DNA of 64,000 bases from assembly GCA_965213675.1 (NCBI GenBank), contig OZ243916.1:864001-928000 (forward strand), written 5' to 3'. The notes beneath the pieces were generated by a model. That model worked only from the letters and a program-made list of their open reading frames with translations. It was not told where the DNA came from and did not search any database. The stretch comes from an uncultured Candidatus Binatia bacterium (GTDB taxonomy: Bacteria > Desulfobacterota > Binatia > UBA9968 > JAJDTQ01). Numbering within the stretch: the stretch's first letter is position 1; every line of letters begins with the position of its first letter. The position numbers and the translations under genes were made by a program. Below are positions 9,638 to 19,272 of the stretch, piece after piece.

Positions 9638-11029
9638 CTACCGCGACTCGCGGACAGGCTCTTGGAGATAGTCCTCCAGCTTGACCTCGTCCATGAACGG
9701 GTACTCCAGCAGTTCGTACTCTGCGGGATCGACATCGTCGGGGATGGTGGCGTCAATACCCATTTTCGAGGTGGTGGGGAGGGCGCCCCGGGGCAGCCGG
9801 GAGGCCTTGAGGGTGGGGTCGAGATGCTTGCCACGGGCGCCGGAGACGATGATGACATCCTCGTCCGGCTGAACCCGGAAGGCCATGGCGCGTTCCACCG
9901 CCATGGGATCAGTGAGATCCACGTCGCCGTCGGTGACCACCACGAGCTTGAGGGCGTGGAGCGACATGAGCGCGAGAAGGGCGTTCTTGCCCTCGCCCGG
10001 GCGCTTGTCGATGGCGGCGTAGAGGTGCCAGTAGCAGGCGCTGCCGGGGGTGGCGTAGACTGCCACGGTCTTGACGCTGGCTTCCCGCAACGCGCGCCAT
10101 CCCGCGGCCTCCAGGGGCGGCGCCTCCAGCCAGTCGTTTTCCCACGGCATCAGTATGGTCTGCAGGATCGGATCTATCCGGTGCGTCACCGCCTTGACCT
10201 TGAACACCGGATTCCAGCGGATCGAGCACTGGTGGCCCGTGAAATCGCCGTAGCGCCCCTCGTCGATGGTCCAGCCGTCGGTGGAGATCTCCCCTTCCAG
10301 GACCAGCTCCGCGTGCGCGGGCACCTCCAGGTCCACGGTCTTGCACTTCACCAGCGGCACGGGACGCCCGTACAGCGCCCCAGCCACGGCGAACTCGTCG
10401 TAGCCGGGCGGCGCCTTGTAGGCGGCCGCGATGATTTCCGGGGTGCCCACGCCGAAGGCCACGGCGATGGGCAGAGGCTCGCCGCGCCGTAGCGCAGCCT
10501 CGTAGCTGAAACGCATGTCCGACGGCGACACCAGGTCGATGCTGGTCTCCCGCGCAGTGCGGTACATGAGCCGGTAGCAGCCCGCGTTGCGCCGTCCGGC
10601 GGCGTCTTTGGACACGGAGATACCCGCGGACAGGTACGGACCGCCGTCCTTCCGGTGCTGAAACGGAATCGGCAGTTCGGTGAGATCCACCTCATCGCCG
10701 GTCTTCACGATCTCCTGGGCAGGTCCGCGCTCCACCACCTCGGCTTCCACCGGGTTGTCCAGGGCTTCCATGAAGCGCCGCCCCAGCTCCCGCTGGTCAC
10801 AGCCTAGCCCCAGTGCGACCCGCTGGCGCGAGCCCACAAGCCCGCCCACCACCGGCATGGAGTAGCCTTGGACGTTCTCCATGAGGAGTGCGGTGTCGGC
10901 CTGCGCCAGCAGCGTGTTGAGGTAACGGGCTTCCACCGGTCGGGTGATGCGCCGGAGCCGACCCTGGGCCTCCAGTAGCGCCATCAGACCGCGCATGTCG
11001 TGATACGGCAATTTGTCAGGCTGGCTCAT
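9638..11029 (-). CDS. UbiD family prFMN-dependent (de)carboxylase
   Basis: DLTELP, DGGPY, RNAGCYR, AELVLEG, EGRYGD, LDP and KMGIDAT motifs. Confidence 0.93.
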   Translation of the reverse strand: MSQPDKLPYHDMRGLMALLEAQGRLRRITRPVEARYLNTLLAQADTALLMENVQGYSMPVVGGLVGSRQRVALGLGCDQRELGRRFMEALDNPVEAEVVERGPAQEIVKTGDEVDLTELPIPFQHRKDGGPYLSAGISVSKDAAGRRNAGCYRLMYRTARETSIDLVSPSDMRFSYEAALRRGEPLPIAVAFGVGTPEIIAAAYKAPPGYDEFAVAGALYGRPVPLVKCKTVDLEVPAHAELVLEGEISTDGWTIDEGRYGDFTGHQCSIRWNPVFKVKAVTHRIDPILQTILMPWENDWLEAPPLEAAGWRALREASVKTVAVYATPGSACYWHLYAAIDKRPGEGKNALLALMSLHALKLVVVTDGDVDLTDPMAVERAMAFRVQPDEDVIIVSGARGKHLDPTLKASRLPRGALPTTSKMGIDATIPDDVDPAEYELLEYPFMDEVKLEDYLQEPVRESR

Positions 11030-11225
11030 GGCAACTCCGCGATTTGGCGACGTAGCGCCCCGTCTCGATCTCGCGGTCGAGGCAGTCCCTCTCGCGCAAC
11101 CGGCCCCAAGCCTGGAGCACCAACCGGTAGGGGGCGTCCCGGAATTCCAGCAGGATGTCCTCGAAGTGGAGCGGGCCGTCCTTCAGCCGCTCCAGCATCC
11201 TGTTCGCCAGCGTCTCGGCGGTCAT
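11016..11225 (-). CDS. Small hypothetical protein (69 aa) between the amidohydrolase and UbiD genes
   Basis: Starts 10 nt after the upstream stop and overlaps the UbiD start; normal globular composition. Confidence 0.7.
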   Translation of the reverse strand: MTAETLANRMLERLKDGPLHFEDILLEFRDAPYRLVLQAWGRLRERDCLDREIETGRYVAKSRSCHEPA

Positions 11226-11235
11226 GCCTTCACCG

Positions 11236-12354
11236 TCACAGGTTCAGGAAGCGGCGTCCGTTGACGCTCAGAATCTTCCACTTGAGATCGTCCGAGATGT
11301 CGTCCCGTTCCAGGATCTCCTGCTTGGCGCCTTCCCGGGCCTCGGCGTGGGGCATGTCCCCCTCGAACAACAGCCGGTCCTCGCCCAGGTACGCGGCCAC
11401 CTGGGGCAGGAAAATCTCGTCGGCCTCGGGCGTAAAGTAGACATCGCTTTGCTTGAGGGTCTCGGATGCCGGCTGCCCGATGGGCCGGGGCAGTCCCAGC
11501 GCGCCGTCGGCGTGGTGGTAGTGGTCGCAGCGCTGCACCAGGTAGGGCACCCACTGGACGCCGATCTCCATGAACGCGACTCGAAGACGCGGATGCCGTT
11601 CCAGGATGCCGCCGGCCACGAAACTGTAGAAACCCATCATCACCGGCAGCGTGAAACCCAGGGCGCGGGAGCCGGAGACGTCGTCCATGCTGCGCGTGAT
11701 GCCGGGATGGCTCCAGCCGGCATGGATGGCCAGGGGCGCGCCCATCCGTTCCACCTCCGCGAAGAACTCGTCGTAATAGCGGTCGTGCAGCATGGTTTCG
11801 CCCACGGTGCCGTAGATGCCTCCGACCGAGGCCCCCAGCTTGAGACTGTGCTCCAGCTCGGCCAGGGCAAGCCGCGGGTCGCGCATGGGCAGGATGGCGC
11901 CCCACTTGAGGCGCTCCGGGCACTGCGCGCACGCCGACGCCATCCAGGTGTTGTAGCTGCGCATAAGCGCGGCCTCGAACAGCAGATCGTCGGTGACCGG
12001 CTGGAGGAAGACCGTGGAGAACACCACCTGGACGTCGATGCCCACCGCATCCATGTCCTTCAGGCGCGCGGGGATATCGGTCATGGACTGGGAACCGATG
12101 GTGAAGTCCTTCTGGGTGGCGAAACGCATCTCCGTGGGGGTGCCGTACACCAGGTTGCCCCGCCCCATGGGTTTGGGATAGACGGTGCCGTCGATGTACC
12201 AGAAGGCATTGATGCCGCCGAGGACGGGCAGGTCCGGGCCGACTACGGGAAAAGGCCTTCGATCCGCGTACTTCGAGTCGAGATGCTCCCAGGCTTCCTT
12301 GGGTTCCTCGACGTGCGAGTCGATGTCGATGACCGGCATATTGTCAGTGCTCAA
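11236..12354 (-). CDS. Amidohydrolase_2 family (ACMSD/LigW-like) metal-dependent enzyme
   Basis: IDIDSH, MD..GID, YN.W, HP.LRVAF.E and GDMPH motifs; TTG start 8 nt after AAGGAGG. Confidence 0.88.
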   Translation of the reverse strand: MSTDNMPVIDIDSHVEEPKEAWEHLDSKYADRRPFPVVGPDLPVLGGINAFWYIDGTVYPKPMGRGNLVYGTPTEMRFATQKDFTIGSQSMTDIPARLKDMDAVGIDVQVVFSTVFLQPVTDDLLFEAALMRSYNTWMASACAQCPERLKWGAILPMRDPRLALAELEHSLKLGASVGGIYGTVGETMLHDRYYDEFFAEVERMGAPLAIHAGWSHPGITRSMDDVSGSRALGFTLPVMMGFYSFVAGGILERHPRLRVAFMEIGVQWVPYLVQRCDHYHHADGALGLPRPIGQPASETLKQSDVYFTPEADEIFLPQVAAYLGEDRLLFEGDMPHAEAREGAKQEILERDDISDDLKWKILSVNGRRFLNL

Positions 12355-12582
12355 GGGCTCATCCTCCTTCGTCGACCTGATCCGCCGTACGGCCATGCCG
12401 CATCAGCATCGTGTCCCGCGGTCTCCTGCGAAACGCGGCGCAGAATCTTCCGTTGCCCGCAAGGCGCGATCACGCATGGGGGTGAGCGGTGACCCCTGCG
12501 CCAGCCGCCACGTCCTGCGTTGTCACCGCCCTGCCCTCTGTCACAACCGCCCTGCCCTGTGGGGGCGATCGGCGGCCCGCCC

Positions 12583-13368
12583 CTAAAGGGCAGGCGCCTG
12601 AGGTCCCTGCCGGGCTTGTTTGCACTCCTGGTCCAGCGACCGCAACTCGCGCGGGTTCAGCGGGAAGCCGAATTGCTCGTTGCGCATGCGCAGGCGCTGG
12701 GACGACACGTTGGCGATGATGCGCCGGGCGCGGTCGTGGTCCTTGCGGGTCCTGACCAGGGCCTCCAACTCGTTGGCGTCGCTGTGCCGCGTCTCGTCCC
12801 GATGGATGTGTCCGAAGATGGACGCGATCCGCCGGTTCGTGCGGTTCCCCTTGAGGTGGCGGCACACCTCGTACAAGGCGCCCCCGCCCCCCTCCGTCAG
12901 GGTGATGGCGGCGCGCTCCAGCGCCTCGTCCCGGCGCTGTATCTCGCTCGTGGTGATGCGCTCGGAGCCGTGCAGCAGCCCGGCATAGCTGCGCGAGTAG
13001 CGCGCCCGCACCTCGGCGAGCTTTTGGTCCTCCGGCAACCACGTCAGGTCCTGCTGTGTCAGCCGCGTTCCTGTCAACTCCTCCAGGAAATCCATAATGA
13101 GCCGGGCGTGGCTCATCTCGTCGCCGAGCTTGTGGCACAGCTCCTCGTAGTCGTGCCGGTCCACCTGCCGGTCGAGCTGAGGGTAAAGCTTGTCGAGGGC
13201 GTGAACCAGCGGCTGGATGGCCGAGTACTCCTTGAAGGCCTGGGCCTTGAGCCACGGGATGTGATCCTCGGGCGCGTGCCGCGCACCGAAGTACGCGGCG
13301 ACCACTTCCCGCTCGGCCTTGCCGTAGCCCTCGGCCAACTGTTCCAGCGCCTTTCCGTAGTCCATCAT
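12583..13368 (-). CDS. Ferritin-like (diiron carboxylate) domain protein
   Basis: Helical protein with E, DEMSH, E and DETRH ligands spaced as in ferritin-like diiron enzymes. Confidence 0.7.
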   Translation of the reverse strand: MMDYGKALEQLAEGYGKAEREVVAAYFGARHAPEDHIPWLKAQAFKEYSAIQPLVHALDKLYPQLDRQVDRHDYEELCHKLGDEMSHARLIMDFLEELTGTRLTQQDLTWLPEDQKLAEVRARYSRSYAGLLHGSERITTSEIQRRDEALERAAITLTEGGGGALYEVCRHLKGNRTNRRIASIFGHIHRDETRHSDANELEALVRTRKDHDRARRIIANVSSQRLRMRNEQFGFPLNPRELRSLDQECKQARQGPQAPAL

Positions 13369-13519
13369 GCGTTCCCCGGAACCTCCATGGTGCTCCGTTC
13401 CTGCGCCCCTCACCGCGGAGCCGGTCGGTGTCGGTTCAGCGTCCTTCGACGTGGCCCGAGCCGGTCGAAGGGCTCGGAACTGGCTCGCGCAGCAAGATCG
13501 AAGAACGCCGTCCAGGCGC

Positions 13520-14032
13520 CTATTCCGGCGGCGAAACGACGCTGCCGCAGTCACGGCAGGTGCGGAGCTCCTCACTGCCGTAGAACTGCCGGTGAACCTG
13601 CCCCACGGGGTCGTCGCTATAGTTCCCCACGGTGACGTCCACTTCGTAGACCTTCTTGCCGCAGTTCTCGCAGAACCACATGAAGCGGTCTTGCTCGCCC
13701 GGCTTGCGCACGCGTTCGAACACCAGAAACCAGGTGCCCTCGTCCACGCGCGGGGAGTGCGGCACACCGCCCGGGCACAAGGTCATCTGCCCCGGTCCCA
13801 TGGTGACCACCTTCTCCTCGCCGTCACCGGTAAGGCAGTGGAGACGCTGCTCGCCCTTCAGCACCAGCGTCACTTCATCGCTGGGGTCCACGTGAAAGTC
13901 CATGCGGCGCTTGCGCCCGCTGCTGAGGAACGCGATGGACTCCGAGTCCTGCCACACCACCGTGCGGCCGTTGCCCTCGGCTTCGGTCTTCTCCATCAGC
14001 GCCGCCAGATCGATGGTCTCCATTGGCTTCAT
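13520..14032 (-). CDS. 3-hydroxyanthranilate 3,4-dioxygenase-like cupin
   Basis: R.DFH....DE, PHSP and LVFER motifs; rubredoxin-like CENC...CRDC; FYGSEELRTC. Confidence 0.82.
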   Translation of the reverse strand: MKPMETIDLAALMEKTEAEGNGRTVVWQDSESIAFLSSGRKRRMDFHVDPSDEVTLVLKGEQRLHCLTGDGEEKVVTMGPGQMTLCPGGVPHSPRVDEGTWFLVFERVRKPGEQDRFMWFCENCGKKVYEVDVTVGNYSDDPVGQVHRQFYGSEELRTCRDCGSVVSPPE

Positions 14033-14164
14033 GACGTGTCCCCCAATCAGGCCGTGCCGGAACTCCAGTCGAACAAGGCCACCGTCGCTTGATTCCGTCC
14101 GTGATCCGAAAACAAGAACCTATCCAGTGAATTCAATGGGTTGCAAACGCGGCCTCTCTCCAAG

Positions 14165-14191
14165 CCTGGATTCGCGCTTTCGCGGGAATGA
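14165..14191. repeat. REP-like element of the GGATTC..GCTTTCGCGGGAATGA type
   Basis: Reverse-complement relative of the copy at 18278-18330 (GTCACTCCCGCGAAAGC...GGGAATCCAGG). Confidence 0.6.
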
Positions 14192-14309
14192 GGAATAGTG
14201 GGGTACGGGATGTCATCCCATGGGATGCAGTGTTCGTTCCCGCAAATGTCGGCTCCAAGGCGAAATGGGTGATTCCGCGAAAACGGGGAAACCACAGCGG
14301 CGTGAAGAC

Positions 14310-15161
14310 CTACGGGTAGTAGGTGTCCTGTCCGGGCACGTAGTTTCGCTGGGTCTGTCCGGCGTTCCGGTTCACCATGACACGGCCCACCATGGGGTGG
14401 TAGAGGCTGCGCACCTCGTGTTCCAGTTCGAAGACCTTCTCACCCGAGGTGGGATCCACGATGTCCTTGAAGCGGTACTGGTGCGCGTTGCTCTCTTCCA
14501 TGATCAGGTCCCGCCGCAACAGGAACTGATGGGCGCGGGAGTGGTTCGCGATGTAGATGGCGATGTGGTGGCCGTCGAATTTGGGGATCTTCGCGTTGGT
14601 CTCGGTGAAGATCAGGCTTTGGTTGCGTCCCGTTCTTACCCGCGCGCTACCGTTCTTGTGGACCACCGGCGCCTGCAACACGGTCTTGTAGAACTTGCCG
14701 ATGGCGCGGGCGGTGCCCGGGCGGGTGAGGAACTCCACGTAGGGCATGCCGATGCTCATGTCGCCGAACTCCGGCCCGGGCGCGTGGCAACGGAATCGGT
14801 TGCCCCAGGGACCCGTCACCGCCACGTGGTCCGCGGCCTCGCGCCATTTGAACCGGGTCCCCTGAAGGTCCGGTTCCACCGCGGCGAGACGCCGCTTCAG
14901 CGCCTCCAGATCGGACAAAACCAGCCCGATGTGCCCGGGAATCTTTTGTGTTCCGCGCGTCGGCAGGTGGAACTGCTGGCCGCCCACGTTGACCCACATG
15001 TTGTTCAGACCGACGTTCATGTAAGGGTCGCGGGTCAGGCCAAGGCCCAGGACATAGAACGTCACGGCCGTGGACTGGTCCGGTATGGTCAGGTTCACGT
15101 GTTCCAGCCCAACCACGTTGCCGAGATCGTCAGCCTTGCGATCATAACCATTGGTCTTCAT
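14310..15161 (-). CDS. Glyoxalase/VOC-superfamily protein
   Basis: LEHVNL, FY..LGL, QFHLP, GHIGL, GPWGNRF and HHIAIY; repeated beta-alpha-beta modules. Confidence 0.7.
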   Translation of the reverse strand: MKTNGYDRKADDLGNVVGLEHVNLTIPDQSTAVTFYVLGLGLTRDPYMNVGLNNMWVNVGGQQFHLPTRGTQKIPGHIGLVLSDLEALKRRLAAVEPDLQGTRFKWREAADHVAVTGPWGNRFRCHAPGPEFGDMSIGMPYVEFLTRPGTARAIGKFYKTVLQAPVVHKNGSARVRTGRNQSLIFTETNAKIPKFDGHHIAIYIANHSRAHQFLLRRDLIMEESNAHQYRFKDIVDPTSGEKVFELEHEVRSLYHPMVGRVMVNRNAGQTQRNYVPGQDTYYP

Positions 15162-15246
15162 CCTTGCCTCCCTGGAACTATCGTATCCCGTAATCGTATC
15201 CCGCAATCATATACCGTAACCTGCCGCACAGCTTGCCCAAGAGCCC

Positions 15247-15314
15247 GCGCCGCAGGAATTCACGGCTGCAAATCCGCTCTCATCCGTCCCGTCGGCCGCT
15301 CGATTTCGTCAAAC
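15247..15314. repeat. Partial copy of the GCGCCGCAGGAATTC element
   Basis: Near-identical to the reverse complement of 45542-45609. Confidence 0.8.
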
Positions 15315-15414
15315 TTCGCAGCCAATAAATCACCTGACTACGATGGCTGCAACGCCGTCAGGCCCAGGCGAATCGACCATCCTGTGGGCGGCACGGCCAC
15401 CTTCGGCGCTCCGC

Positions 15415-16749
15415 CTACAAGGTGAACGCGAAATCCTCCACCACCGCACCCGGGAGGCGCATGCTACGGGTTGAGCGGCCGCCGTAGGAACCGGCATCGG
15501 GCAGTAGCTCCACTTCGCGGGTCAAGCCCACGAGATTGTCGCCCAGCATCCGGTAGAGCGTCTCGTCGAAGCGCATGACGTTCACCGGCGCCCGCACTTC
15601 ACCGTTCTCCACCCAGAAGCCAGCGAAGCGTGTCATGCCGGTCATGCGGCAGGCGTCCCGGTCGGAGTAGTTCAGGTACCAAAGGTTGTTGATGAGGATG
15701 CCGGTGCCCAGCACGGCCGGCACGTCCTGCCGCGGGATGGCGCCGCCGGCCATGGACAGGGATTCCGGCGCCTCGCGCCGGCTCGCTCCATTGCCCGGGA
15801 CGCCGTATTCTTTCGCCGCCCGCGGCGACACCAGCGGATCGCCCAACCGTCCCCCGTTGATGAGCGTCACCGCATCCGGCTTGAGGAAACCGGCCTCATC
15901 GAAACCGGCGCTCAATCCGCCGCGCGTGTCCTCCACCATGCGCACCGACGGGTCGAGGGCGGCGTCTCCCGTGAGCATGCGCAGCAGCGGAGTCCGGCGC
16001 GTGCGCCGGCCGCTCAACCCGAACCCACCCCAGCACAGCAGGCCGATCACCTCCTCCAGCGCCTGCGGCGCAAGGTACACGCGATAGCGTCCGGGCTCCA
16101 GGGTTCGCGGGGGCTGGCGCAGGGCCTCGAGCTCGGCCCGCGCCCGCGTCATTTTTTCCTCGAACTCCGCGGGATTCCACACGCCCCCGGCATAGGCGCA
16201 TTTGACCGCCTTGTCGCCGTCCAGATGAAAGCTCCAGTCGAAGTGGTGGCTGTACGCGGAAAACCAGTTGCGTTGGCCCAAAGAGTTGGCGAAGCCCCGG
16301 TGAATCCCTCCAGCCATGTAGATGCCCGCGAGGTCCCGGCCCGCTCCGGCCTTCACGATGGCTTCCACCACCTGCCCCTCGTCCTCGGGCAAGCGGTTGG
16401 GCTGCACGGTTTCCGTGGAACGGACCTCCGTCGCGTAATGCAGGTAGGGATCTTCCGGAACCACGGCCAGCCGCGCGCGGGCGTCCTCCATCGCCTGGCG
16501 CACGCGCTCCCGGTCGAACGCGGCGGCGCCGGAAAGCGTCAGGTGCGTGGCAACTTTCCGTCCGTCGCCAATCAGATGGAGCGCCAGTTCGCGCTGCTCC
16601 ACGGCCCCGGCCTGCCGCACGGCGCTCCGGTTGAAGCGCAAGAAGCTCGAGTCCTCTCCAGAGAAGCCCAGAAGCAACACTTCCCGCGGCTGCAACAGCG
16701 TTTCGGTGAAATCCGCCAGTTCGTAGAATGGCTCCCGCATGGCTGTCAT
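15415..16749 (-). CDS. tldE: TldE/PmbA family protein
   Basis: RFN.S.VRQ, PG.Y.V.L.P.A, FD..G and TG.TR motifs; no HExxxH; follows tldD. Confidence 0.85.
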   Translation of the reverse strand: MTAMREPFYELADFTETLLQPREVLLLGFSGEDSSFLRFNRSAVRQAGAVEQRELALHLIGDGRKVATHLTLSGAAAFDRERVRQAMEDARARLAVVPEDPYLHYATEVRSTETVQPNRLPEDEGQVVEAIVKAGAGRDLAGIYMAGGIHRGFANSLGQRNWFSAYSHHFDWSFHLDGDKAVKCAYAGGVWNPAEFEEKMTRARAELEALRQPPRTLEPGRYRVYLAPQALEEVIGLLCWGGFGLSGRRTRRTPLLRMLTGDAALDPSVRMVEDTRGGLSAGFDEAGFLKPDAVTLINGGRLGDPLVSPRAAKEYGVPGNGASRREAPESLSMAGGAIPRQDVPAVLGTGILINNLWYLNYSDRDACRMTGMTRFAGFWVENGEVRAPVNVMRFDETLYRMLGDNLVGLTREVELLPDAGSYGGRSTRSMRLPGAVVEDFAFTL

Positions 16750-18198
16750 TCAGCTTTCACCCCCGAACACCTGCACGCCGGCGAACACGCACGCGGGCGC
16801 GGCGTGGCCCACACGGATCACCTGGTTGGGCTCGCCCTTGCCGCAGAAGGGCGTTCCCAGTACTTCGCGCGTCTCGGGGTGGCCCACATGGGTGAGGTTG
16901 CGCCAGAAGTTGGCCGAGATGCCGCGGTAATTGGGCTTTTTCACCACTTCGCGCAACACGCCATCACGTATGACGGTACCGCGCTCGCAGCCGAACTGGA
17001 ACTTGTTGCGCGAGTCGTCGATGGACCACGAGCAGTTGGTCTGCATGTAGACGCCGCGTTCGATGGAACGCACCATGTCGTCGAAGGTTGCGTCCCCCGG
17101 CTCCAGATTGAGGTTGGCCATGCGGTCGATGGGCGGACGGTTCCAGCTTGTGGCGCGGGAGTTGGCCACCCCGGGAAGTCCCGTGCGCTGCTGGGACAGG
17201 CGCCCGCCGAGGCCGCGCAGGAGAATTCCGTCCTTGATGATGTGCTCCCGTCGCGCCGGGAGCCCTTCGTCGTCGAAGCCGAAACTCGCGAACTGTCCCG
17301 GATCGGTGGGGTCGTAGGTGACATTCAACAGTTCCGAGCCGTAGCGGTAATGCCCGAACATGTCCGGGGTGACGAAGCTCGTGCCCGCGTAGTTGCGTTC
17401 GTCGCCGAGGATGCGGTCCAGCTCCAGGGGATGGCCGATGGACTCGTGGATCTGGAGGATGAGCTGATCCGGCGCCAGCAAGACGTCCATGGCGCCCGTG
17501 GGACAGTGGGGCGCAGCCAATAGCTCCAGGGCTTCCTGCGCCAGCGCCGGCGCGGCCTCTGAAAACCCCGTCTGCTCCAGCACCTCCAGGCCGCCCTGGC
17601 GGCAGAAACCCCGGCCGCCGAAGGTGCGGCTCACGGTTTCCGGGCCGTCGTTGGCGGTGCAGCCCAGGCCGGGAACCAAATGGCTCAGCACTTGATGTAT
17701 GCGCGTACCGTCCGCGGTCAGGTAAAGGGTCTCCGTCTCCGTGTGCCATAGGGACACGTCCCAGTCGACGATGCGCGGGTCCGGGTGCAGCCTCTCGCTC
17801 TGGTCCCGCAACAGGCCGATCTTGTCGGACAACGGCATCGCGTCCCAAGGCAGCGCCACCGGCGTGCGGTACTCGCCCCGGCGCGCCTCCCGAAGCGCGG
17901 CCGCGGCGAAGTCTGTCACGGCCCACGCCCCGGTTCGCCGGGCCCAGTCCCGCGCCTGTTCCAGAGCCCGTTGAAGCCCGGTCCGGCTCAGGTCGCACGT
18001 GCCCGCGTAGCCCATGCCGCGACCGTGGGCCACCGTGACCATGACGCCCGCGTCGTCCCCCGACGCGATGGGCTCCACCACGCCGCGGCGCACGGAAACG
18101 TGCTCGGAACGCTCCCTCACATAACGCAGCGAGCAAAAACTCACTGCGGGCGCGGCTTCCCGGAACCATGCTTCAAGGCGTTCGGTCAGAGTCGGCAC
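16750..18198 (-). CDS. tldD: TldD metalloprotease
   Basis: HESIGH, FDDEG, P..RM.N, WSID and CGKG motifs. Confidence 0.92.
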   Translation of the reverse strand: MPTLTERLEAWFREAAPAVSFCSLRYVRERSEHVSVRRGVVEPIASGDDAGVMVTVAHGRGMGYAGTCDLSRTGLQRALEQARDWARRTGAWAVTDFAAAALREARRGEYRTPVALPWDAMPLSDKIGLLRDQSERLHPDPRIVDWDVSLWHTETETLYLTADGTRIHQVLSHLVPGLGCTANDGPETVSRTFGGRGFCRQGGLEVLEQTGFSEAAPALAQEALELLAAPHCPTGAMDVLLAPDQLILQIHESIGHPLELDRILGDERNYAGTSFVTPDMFGHYRYGSELLNVTYDPTDPGQFASFGFDDEGLPARREHIIKDGILLRGLGGRLSQQRTGLPGVANSRATSWNRPPIDRMANLNLEPGDATFDDMVRSIERGVYMQTNCSWSIDDSRNKFQFGCERGTVIRDGVLREVVKKPNYRGISANFWRNLTHVGHPETREVLGTPFCGKGEPNQVIRVGHAAPACVFAGVQVFGGES

Positions 18199-18277
18199 GG
18201 CATCTCCCGTGGGACGGTGTATAGCACGATGTTGCAAAAAAGTTCGTGGCGAGCGATTCGAAACACGGCCTACGAAG

Positions 18278-18330
18278 CGTCACTCCCGCGAAAGCTTGCC
18301 CTCGACCCCGATCGGGGGCGGGAATCCAGG
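18278..18330. repeat. REP-like palindrome
   Basis: GTCACTCCCGC...GCGGGAATCC with an inner CCCCGATCGGGG hairpin. Confidence 0.6.
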
Positions 18331-18362
18331 CGGGGCGGGGGCACCGCCAGTGGTTCCCTCTC

Positions 18363-18455
18363 TCGTTCCAGTTTTCGCGAGGCCTCGTTCCGTGGAAACC
18401 GCGCTGTCCGAACTTCCCGACTGCCGTGCGAATCGGCAGCGTGGGATAGTCCTGG
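18363..18455 (+). repeat. ~92-bp intergenic repeat, copy 1
   Basis: About 84% identical by eye to 20695-20786. Confidence 0.85.
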
Positions 18456-18687
18456 CCCAAGTTTGACCCTGCTTGGGCTGGCCCCTATAGTGACGGATGC
18501 CGGCAACCGGCGCGCCACAACAAGCGCCTGCCCCGCAATGCCAGGGCCGGACTGTGGCGGGACCGTGGCTGCCCTGTGACTGGACCACGGTGGACCGTGA
18601 CCGAACCTTGGTCGGATCGTCGCGGGACGATCTCCCGGGCACAGGAGAGCCGGTCGGGTCCATGGAATCGTAGTGAGGGGGTTGGTG

Positions 18688-19272
18688 ATGAACTATTGCA
18701 GCGTCTGTGCCGCCCCCGTGGAGTTCCGCATCCCGGACGGAGACAATCTTCCGCGCCACGTGTGCGGCTCCTGCCACACCATCCATTACACCAATCCAAA
18801 AGTCGTGGTGGGTTGCATCCCCGAATGGGACGACACCATCCTGCTGTGCCGCCGCGCCATCGAACCGCGCTACGGCTATTGGACCCTGCCCGCGGGTTTC
18901 CTTGAGGACTACGAGACCACCATCGAAGGCGCCGCCCGCGAGACCCGTGAGGAAGCCTTGGCGGACGTCGACATCGCGGAACTCTACACCCTCATCAACC
19001 TACCCCAGATCAACCAGGTCTACGTGATGTTCCGCGGCAGTCTGCGCGAGCGCAAGTTCGGCGCCGGCGAGGAGAGTCTCGACGCGCGCCTGTGCCGCGA
19101 GGAGGACATTCCCTGGGATCAGATCGCGTTTCCGGTGGTCGAGCAGACCCTGAAGCTCTACTTCCGGGACCGCCGGCGCGGGCGCTTTGGCACCTACACG
19201 GGCGACATCACCCGTCCAGCAGACAAGTGGAGGGACTACCACGTGCGATTTCTGAACGGGAATGGCGCCTGA
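18688..19272 (+). CDS. Nudix hydrolase with N-terminal zinc ribbon
   Basis: CSVC...CGSC, YTNPK and Nudix box GF.E..ET..EGA.RETREE. Confidence 0.92.
   Translation: MNYCSVCAAPVEFRIPDGDNLPRHVCGSCHTIHYTNPKVVVGCIPEWDDTILLCRRAIEPRYGYWTLPAGFLEDYETTIEGAARETREEALADVDIAELYTLINLPQINQVYVMFRGSLRERKFGAGEESLDARLCREEDIPWDQIAFPVVEQTLKLYFRDRRRGRFGTYTGDITRPADKWRDYHVRFLNGNGA

Noticed and set aside
12521-12560. Short tandem repeat (TGTCAC...CCGCCCTGCCCT x2) as a CRISPR remnant
   Set aside because: Only two short units, no spacers and no cas genes.
15415-18198. TldD/E as part of a RiPP cluster
   Set aside because: No precursor peptide, YcaO or radical SAM gene nearby; looks like the housekeeping pair.
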